From an uncultured Planctomycetota bacterium (GTDB lineage Bacteria; Planctomycetota; PLA2; JAEUHO01): DNA of 64,000 nt. Position numbers and translations under genes: made by a program. Under the pieces are notes generated by a model. That model was not told where the DNA came from. It did no database searches and saw only the letters and a program-made list of their open reading frames with translations. Position 1 is the first letter of the stretch, and each line of letters opens with the position of its first letter. Below, piece after piece: positions 58,127 to 64,000 of the stretch. The stretch is from assembly GCA_963752285.1 (NCBI GenBank), contig CAVVXN010000005.1, positions 1,696,001-1,760,000 of the forward strand. The letters run 5' to 3'.

Positions 58127-59209
58127 TCAGAGATCGCCGAGCCGCTTCTCGCGCTCCGCCTCCCTCAGGGCCGTGACGAGCTCCGTCAGGTCGCCCTGGA
58201 GGATCTCGTCCAGGTTGTGGACGGTCAGCCCGATCCGGTGATCGGTGACGCGGCCCTCCTTGTAGTTGTACGTGCGGATCTTCTCGCTGCGGTCGCCGGT
58301 CCCGATCTGGGAGCGCCGCGCGTCCGACCGCTCGCGCGCCGCGCGCTCGCGCTCGAGCTCGTAGAGCCGGGCGCGGAGCTCGCGCATCGCGGTGGCGCGG
58401 TTCTTGTGCTGGGAGGGGTCGGCCTGGCACTTGACCACGATACCGGTCGGATGGTGGATCAGGCGCACGGCGGAGGAGGTCTTGTTGACGTTCTGGCCGC
58501 CCGGCCCGCCGGCGCGCATGGTCTGCACCTCGACGTCGGACTCCTTGATCACCACGTCCACCTCCTCCGCCTCGGGGAGCACGGCGACCGTGGCCACGGA
58601 GGTGTGGATGCGACCCTGGGCCTCGGTCTTCGGTACGCGCTGGACGCGATGCACGCCCGACTCGTAGCGCATCACCGCGTAGACCTTCTCGCCCGCCAGC
58701 GAGAACCGGATCTCCTTGAAGCCCCCCTGGTCGGAACGGTTGCCGTCGAGGACGTCGCTCTTCCAGTCGCGGAGCTCGGCGAGACGCTCGTACATGCGGA
58801 ACAGGTCGCCCGCCCAGATCGCGGCCTCGTCCCCGCCCGCGCCGGCGCGGATCTCGACGATCACGTCGCGCTGGTCGTCCCGGTCCTCGCTCACGAGGCT
58901 CCGCTTGATCTCCTCCGAGAGACGCTCGAGCTCGTCGGCGGCGTGGCTCGCCTGCTCCTGGGCGAGCGCGGTGATCTCCGGGTCCTCGCCGTCCGCGGCG
59001 AGGATCCCCTCGGCCTCGGAGAGCTCGCCCTGGCTCCGCCGATACGCGCGGTACAGCCGGACCGGCTCCTCGAGCGCCGCGAGCTCGCGACGTACACGCG
59101 TGTAGACCACGTGGTCCGCGGCGACGACCGGGTCCTCGAGCCGGCGCTCCAGCGCCTCGGCCTTCGCGAGCGTCTCCTCGAGCGTGGTCGAAAGCCGTTC
59201 GGAGAGCAT
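58127..59209 (-). CDS. prfA: Peptide chain release factor 1
   Basis: [17 protein letters not shown] (PxT), [13 protein letters not shown]; alternative GTG start at 59221. Confidence 0.97.
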   Translation of the reverse strand: MLSERLSTTLEETLAKAEALERRLEDPVVAADHVVYTRVRRELAALEEPVRLYRAYRRSQGELSEAEGILAADGEDPEITALAQEQASHAADELERLSEEIKRSLVSEDRDDQRDVIVEIRAGAGGDEAAIWAGDLFRMYERLAELRDWKSDVLDGNRSDQGGFKEIRFSLAGEKVYAVMRYESGVHRVQRVPKTEAQGRIHTSVATVAVLPEAEEVDVVIKESDVEVQTMRAGGPGGQNVNKTSSAVRLIHHPTGIVVKCQADPSQHKNRATAMRELRARLYELERERAARERSDARRSQIGTGDRSEKIRTYNYKEGRVTDHRIGLTVHNLDEILQGDLTELVTALREAEREKRLGDL

Positions 59210-59309
59210 GGGCGCACTCACGTGCCAGAGGACGTACCGCGGCCGACGGAGGCCGGCGGGATTCCCGTCACGACATCTCCTGCCGTGCGCGTCCGGCGAC
59301 GCGGCGGGG

Positions 59310-59603
59310 CTACTTCTCCCCCTTGGCCTCGCCCTTGGCCTCGCTCTTGGCCTTGGGGACGTAGCGGCTACCGTACTTCGAGCGGAACTTGTCGATGCGT
59401 CCCGCCGTGTCCACGAAGCGCTGGCGCCCCGTGTAGAAGGGGTGCGACGCGGAGGAGATGTCGAGCCGGATCACGTAGTGGTCCACGCCGTCGATCTTCC
59501 TCACCTCCTTGCTCTTCATGGTCGAGCGGCTGGCGAATTCGTAGCTCGCCCCGTGGTCCACGAAGAGGACCGGGTGGTAGTCGGGGTGGATTTCCTTCTT
59601 CAC
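59310..59603 (-). CDS. rpmE: 50S ribosomal protein L31, type B (no Zn cysteines)
   Basis: [15 protein letters not shown]…[12 protein letters not shown]…DTAGRIDKF. Confidence 0.95.
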   Translation of the reverse strand: MKKEIHPDYHPVLFVDHGASYEFASRSTMKSKEVRKIDGVDHYVIRLDISSASHPFYTGRQRFVDTAGRIDKFRSKYGSRYVPKAKSEAKGEAKGEK

Positions 59604-59635
59604 GGCGAGGCTCCGGCGCGCGGGCGAAACCGCCG

Positions 59636-59663
59636 AGGGTACCGGGCGACGGGGTACGCGCAA
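59636..59663 (-). promoter_or_regulatory. Putative sigma70 promoter TTGCGC-N16-TACCCT for rpmE-prfA
   Basis: Hexamers read on minus strand, 32 nt before GTG. Confidence 0.5.
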
Positions 59664-59688
59664 GGCCTCCGACCACCCCTGGGCCGGC

Positions 59689-60261
59689 TCAGCGCGTCCC
59701 CGCCGTCGGGACCGTCGTCGGGCCCGCGGGCCCGGGCGGAGTGGGACCCGGTCCGGGGGTCGCGGCCGCGGCCGGCCCGGGCGGCTTCCCCCCGGTCGTC
59801 GCGCCCGCGGGCGTGGGCCGGAGGGGGGCCTTCCCGCGGTCCAGGACGAGGTCGCCGCCGAGATCTCGTCGGAGGAGCACCCGCTGCTCGGTCCCCGTCG
59901 TCTCGAAGGTGATCTCCACCCAGTCGAGACGTCCGTCCATGTATCGTCCGAGACCCTCCTCGGCGACGCGGAACGCCAGATGGTCGAGCGCACCCGGGCG
60001 GAGGAGCACCGCCTCGGACGGCGCGAGACGGACGACCAGGCCCGCGCCGTCGGCCGCGAGCCGCTTCGGCGCCCCGACGGTCCGGAGCAGGCGCACGCGG
60101 GAGTCGGGGGCGATGTCCCCCCGGGCCGCGAGCAGACGCGTCAGGGCCCGCGCGTTCTCGGCGTCCCGCGCGAGGGGCCCGAGCGCGGAGTTCGCGGCCA
60201 CGAGGATCCCCCCGAACCCGGCGGCCAGGATCCCCATGATGATGGCGGTCGACTTCCGCAC
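59689..60261 (-). CDS. Membrane-anchored hypothetical protein
   Basis: N-terminal TM ([17 protein letters not shown]), Pro-rich tail, GGAGG upstream. Confidence 0.6.
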   Translation of the reverse strand: MRKSTAIIMGILAAGFGGILVAANSALGPLARDAENARALTRLLAARGDIAPDSRVRLLRTVGAPKRLAADGAGLVVRLAPSEAVLLRPGALDHLAFRVAEEGLGRYMDGRLDWVEITFETTGTEQRVLLRRDLGGDLVLDRGKAPLRPTPAGATTGGKPPGPAAAATPGPGPTPPGPAGPTTVPTAGTR

Positions 60262-60280
60262 GGATTCGGCTCCGCCTCCC

Positions 60281-60883
60281 CTATCGGCCTTCCGGAACGG
60301 GACCCGGAGCCTCGGCCCCCGCCTCGAACGCGGCGAGGAGCCGGAACACGAGCCGCAGCGGCAGCCCGACGACCGTGTCCCGGTCCCCGTCCAGCCGATC
60401 GAGGAACGCCGCGGCCCCGCCCTCGAGCCCGTACGCGCCCGCGCGCCCGAAGGGCTCGCCCGTCAGGACGTACGCCTCGATCTCCGTCTCCGAGAGGGGC
60501 CGGAACCGGACCTTCGCCACGGAGACGCCCGAGCGGAGGCGGTCCGCCTCGGCGAGAGCGACGCCCGTCGCCACCTCGTGCGTCGTCCCCGCGAGCCGTC
60601 GAAGGGTACGACGAGCCTCGTTGGCGTCCCTCGGCTTGCCCAGGATCGACGCGCCCACGTAGACCACCGTGTCCGCCGCGAGCACGAGGCGCCCCGGGCA
60701 CGCGGAGACGACGGCCTCGACCTTGGCCCGCGCGAGCGCCTCGGCGACCGCGGGCGGATCGAGGCCCGGCGGCGCCGCCTCGTCGAGGTCAGGGAACGGC
60801 CCCACCTCGCACGCGATCCCGGCACGCGCGAGGATCTCCCGCCGGCGCGGGCTCCGGCTCGCGAGGACGAGCGGCCGGTCCAC
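60281..60883 (-). CDS. maf: Maf-family nucleoside triphosphate pyrophosphatase
   Basis: LVLASRSPRRREIL, LAADTVV, ILGKP, AGAYG, VVGLP. Confidence 0.93.
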   Translation of the reverse strand: MDRPLVLASRSPRRREILARAGIACEVGPFPDLDEAAPPGLDPPAVAEALARAKVEAVVSACPGRLVLAADTVVYVGASILGKPRDANEARRTLRRLAGTTHEVATGVALAEADRLRSGVSVAKVRFRPLSETEIEAYVLTGEPFGRAGAYGLEGGAAAFLDRLDGDRDTVVGLPLRLVFRLLAAFEAGAEAPGPVPEGR

Positions 60884-60894
60884 GCGCGCCTTCG

Positions 60895-62037
60895 CTACTT
60901 CTTCCTCGGGAGCGGACGCTTCTTCGCGGCCTTCGACGCGGTGGACGTCCGCTTCGGGGAGGACGACTTCTTCGGCGCGGGCTTCCGTGCCGGGGGCGAC
61001 TTCTTCTTGGCCGCCTTCTTCGCGGCCTGCGCCTTCTTCTTCTGGGCCGCGGCCTTCTTCTCGGCCTGGGCCTTCCGCTTCGCCTCCGCCGCCGCCTTCT
61101 TCGCCTCCGCGGCCTTCTTGGCGTCGTGACGCTTCTTCTCGATCGCCGCCTTCTTCTCCTGCGCGGCCTTCCGCTTGGCCTCCGCCGCGGCCTTCCGCGC
61201 CTCCACCACCTTGCGGCGCGCCTCCTCGCGCTCGCGCTTCACCTTGTCCCGCGCCTCCTGCTTCTTGCGGCGCTCCTCCTCCTTCTTCTGGCGACGCGCC
61301 TCGATCACGCGGCGCGCCTCCTCCTTCTTCTTCGCGCGCTCGCGGTCGGCGACCTCCTTCGCCTTCAGGCGGACGAGCAGGTCGCAGAGCGGGTGCGAGG
61401 GATCCCAGGTCTCCTCGTGCAGGTGCGCGCTCGCGCCCGCGACCCAGGCGAAGCGGTAGCGAGCCTCGGCAGGGATCTTCCGCTCCACGATCTGGCGCAC
61501 GCGCTGCGGCGTGCTCGCGCGCGGCAGCATGCCGAGGCGGGAGAGGAGGTGCCGCTCCCGCGGGCCGAACGCGAGGCGGCCGGTCCCGATCGCGATCTGG
61601 AACACGAGCGCGGCCGGACCGCCGAGCGTGTTCGGGAGGTCCCGGACGAAGTTCCGCTGGTCTTCCGGCTCTCGGCCCCGCAACGGCTCGAGGTCGAGGC
61701 CGTGCGCCGCGTCCCAGACGTCCTGGAGCGCCATGCGCAGGTCCCAGCAGACGACGCGCACGTCCTTCCCCTCGGGCACGAAGGGCTTGACGACGGTCTC
61801 GAGCTCCTGGAGCGGCGAGCCGCGCGCCTCGTTCATGTCGATGAAGACCCGGGAGATGGCGCGCACGCACGCGCGGGCCTGGGCCTCGCCGAGGTGCCAG
61901 CCGAGCACCGCCACCATGAGGTGGTCGATGAGGGGGTCCTCCACGCGCTCGGCGAGCGCGATCGGAGGGAAGAGCGCCTCCAGCACCGACAGGGCCTCTT
62001 CGAGCGTCGGCTTCTTGGGGGACGCCTTGGCGGCCAC
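60895..62037 (-). CDS. Degenerate Endonuclease III (HhH-GPD)-like protein with Lys/Ala-rich C-terminal tail
   Basis: DPLIDHL…FIDMNEARGS…LDLEPLR…RHLLSRLG; tail AKKAAEAKKAAAEAKRK…KKSPPARKPAPKK. Confidence 0.65.
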   Translation of the reverse strand: MAAKASPKKPTLEEALSVLEALFPPIALAERVEDPLIDHLMVAVLGWHLGEAQARACVRAISRVFIDMNEARGSPLQELETVVKPFVPEGKDVRVVCWDLRMALQDVWDAAHGLDLEPLRGREPEDQRNFVRDLPNTLGGPAALVFQIAIGTGRLAFGPRERHLLSRLGMLPRASTPQRVRQIVERKIPAEARYRFAWVAGASAHLHEETWDPSHPLCDLLVRLKAKEVADRERAKKKEEARRVIEARRQKKEEERRKKQEARDKVKREREEARRKVVEARKAAAEAKRKAAQEKKAAIEKKRHDAKKAAEAKKAAAEAKRKAQAEKKAAAQKKKAQAAKKAAKKKSPPARKPAPKKSSSPKRTSTASKAAKKRPLPRKK

Positions 62038-62040
62038 GGA

Positions 62041-62349
62041 TCAGCCCCCGGTCTTGGCGGATCGGGAGCCCTGGCTCTTCTTCTTCCGCTTCCGGGTCGG
62101 AAGCGGGATCCCCCGCGCCCGGAGGAACGAACGGACGGTCTCGGTGACGCGCGCGCCCTGGCCCACCCAGTACTGGACGCGCTCGGCGTCGAGCTTCACC
62201 TTCGCGGTGTCGTCCGCCACGAGCGGGTCGTAGTGGCCGAGGTACTCGATGGGCGGGCCGTCGCGCCGCGTGCGCTCGTCGAAGACGCCCAGTCGGAAGT
62301 GCGGTCGGTTCCTCCGCCCCTGGCGGGACAAGCGGATGACGGTCGCCAT
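62041..62349 (-). CDS. rpsP: 30S ribosomal protein S16
   Basis: VIRLSRQGRRNRPHFR…RRDG…IEYLGHYDP…YWVGQGA. Confidence 0.97.
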   Translation of the reverse strand: MATVIRLSRQGRRNRPHFRLGVFDERTRRDGPPIEYLGHYDPLVADDTAKVKLDAERVQYWVGQGARVTETVRSFLRARGIPLPTRKRKKKSQGSRSAKTGG

Positions 62350-62410
62350 GGAACTCCTCTTCTTCGATCGGCCAGGGCCCGGGTCGGGCGGCGCCGCGAT
62401 CGTGGGCGCC

Positions 62411-63811
62411 TCAGGTCCTGAACCAGCCCTTGATGTCGATGCCTTCCTTCTTCATCTGCTTCAGGCGCTTCGCCTTCTGCCGCTTCATGGCGCGGTCCGC
62501 GACGCGCCCCATGAAGCCCATCTTCTTCAGGTCCTTCATCTGCCGCCGCATGTCCTTGTAGGTCTTGACGACCTCGTTGACGGCCGTGACGGACGTTCCG
62601 GAGCCGCGCGCGATCCGGTGGCGTCGCTGCATGTGGAGGACGGTCGGCTCGACGCGCTCCTCGGGCGTCATCGACGAGATGATCGCGCGCCAGCCCTTGA
62701 TCTTGTCGTCGTCCGGCAGCTCGCCGGCCTGGTCGGTCGGGAGGGACGCGAGCCCGGGGATCTTCTTCGCGACGTCCTTGAGGCCGCCCATCCGCTCCAC
62801 CTGGTCGAACATGAACTGCATGTCGATCATCGTGAAGCGGTCGGTGAACAGGCGCGCCGCGGTCTCCTCGGCCTTCTCCTGGTCCACGACCTCCTGGGCC
62901 TGCTCGACGAGCCCGATCACGTCGCCCATACCGAGGATGCGCCGGGCGAAGCGCTCGGGGACGAACGCCTCGATCTTGTCGAGCTTCTCGCCCACGCCGA
63001 CGTAGCGGATCGGGCGGCCCGTCACCTCGCGGATGGCGAGGATCGCGCCGCCGCGCGCGTCGCCGTCCGCCTTCGTGAGGACGAGCCCGCTCACGTCGAG
63101 CCGCTGGTTGAACTCGCGCGCGCTCGTCACCGCGTCCTGACCGAGCATCGCGTCCACGACGAGCCAGGTCTCCTGCGGCCGGACCTTGTCGCGGATGTCT
63201 TCGAGCTCGTCCATCAGCTCGGCGTCGATGTGGAGGCGACCGGCCGTGTCGAGGATCACCACGTCACAGCCGAGCTCGACCGCCTTCGCCACGCCGCGGG
63301 CGCAGATCTTCGGCGGGCGGCCGCCGTCCTCCGCGTAGACCGGAACGTCGATCTGCCGGGAGAGCACCCTCAGCTGTTCGACCGCGGCGGGGCGCTGCAC
63401 GTCGGCCGCGACGAGGAGGGGGCGCTTCCCCTCGCGCTTCCTCATCTGACGCGCGATCTTCGCGGCCGTCGTCGTCTTGCCGGTGCCCTGCAGGCCGACC
63501 ATCATGATCACGGTCGGACCGCGGTCGTTCCAGCGGACGCGCGCCGCCTCGCCTCCCAGGAGGGCGGTCATCTCGTCGAAGACCACCTTCACGAACTGGT
63601 CGGCGGGCTGGACGCCCTTCAGGCGCTCGAGGCCGACCGCCTTCTCCCGGACGCGCCCGACGAAGTCCTTGACCACGCCGAGGTTCACGTCGGCCTCGAG
63701 GAGCGCGGTGCGGACCTCCCGGATCCCCTCCTCGATGTTCTTCTCGGTCAGGCGGCCGGAGCCGAGACCCTGGAAGATGGCGGAGAAGCGCTGGGCGAGG
63801 GCGTCGAACAA
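62411..63811 (-). CDS. ffh: Signal recognition particle protein
   Basis: ALLEADV, GLQGTGKTT, DTAGR, TKADGDARGG, RILGMGD, ISSMTPEER, RIARGSG; TTG start. Confidence 0.97.
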   Translation of the reverse strand: MFDALAQRFSAIFQGLGSGRLTEKNIEEGIREVRTALLEADVNLGVVKDFVGRVREKAVGLERLKGVQPADQFVKVVFDEMTALLGGEAARVRWNDRGPTVIMMVGLQGTGKTTTAAKIARQMRKREGKRPLLVAADVQRPAAVEQLRVLSRQIDVPVYAEDGGRPPKICARGVAKAVELGCDVVILDTAGRLHIDAELMDELEDIRDKVRPQETWLVVDAMLGQDAVTSAREFNQRLDVSGLVLTKADGDARGGAILAIREVTGRPIRYVGVGEKLDKIEAFVPERFARRILGMGDVIGLVEQAQEVVDQEKAEETAARLFTDRFTMIDMQFMFDQVERMGGLKDVAKKIPGLASLPTDQAGELPDDDKIKGWRAIISSMTPEERVEPTVLHMQRRHRIARGSGTSVTAVNEVVKTYKDMRRQMKDLKKMGFMGRVADRAMKRQKAKRLKQMKKEGIDIKGWFRT

Positions 63812-64000
63812 GGAGTCGGTCCGGGGGGACGGGCCCCGGGCCGAACGGGGCCGGGACCGCGGGCGAACCAGGGATTGAACCACCCCCACGCGGGGCCGGA
63901 AGAATTGGGGTGGGCGCGGAACGGAGGTCGAGAGGCAGGGGGAGCGAGGCCCGTGCGCGAGGCCCCGGCGGGACGACGGGCGCGTGGACCGCGCGGGTCC

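Noticed and set aside
63850..63900. GGTTCAATCCC on the minus strand resembling a tRNA T-loop; possible SRP RNA near ffh
   Set aside because: No T-stem pairing or cloverleaf; no SRP helix-8 consensus

Overview
Very GC-rich (roughly three-quarters G+C by eye) bacterial chromosomal segment from a diderm, most likely Planctomycetota (inferred from HEAT/VIT-VWA/PDZ exported proteins, a DLG-type Ser/Thr kinase, a PurS-PurS-PurL fusion and a type-B L31). About 46 genes, mostly housekeeping: rsmA, fhs-folD, selB, recJ (frameshifted), comF, hutH-hisS, cyclophilin, addB-addA-SDR, FabH-like plus a tripartite RND pump, accA, purSL-purQ, prmC/prfA/rpmE, and ffh-rpsP-X-maf. No rRNA, tRNA, CRISPR array or IS/transposase was recognised. 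Best leads: (1) a DUF222-HNH gene with a GTTC-N7-GTTC (LexA-like) box 3 nt before its ATG and a 4x10-bp tandem repeat upstream; (2) an apparently catalytically dead Endonuclease-III-fold protein with a histone-H1-like Lys/Ala tail inside the ffh-rpsP operon; (3) single-base G-run anomalies in recJ (one G short) and comF (one G extra, fusing two genes); (4) an exported protein-kinase (MshEN-like N-terminus)-double YkgJ operon; (5) hutH translationally coupled to hisS. No clearly new multi-gene system is proven from the sequence alone.
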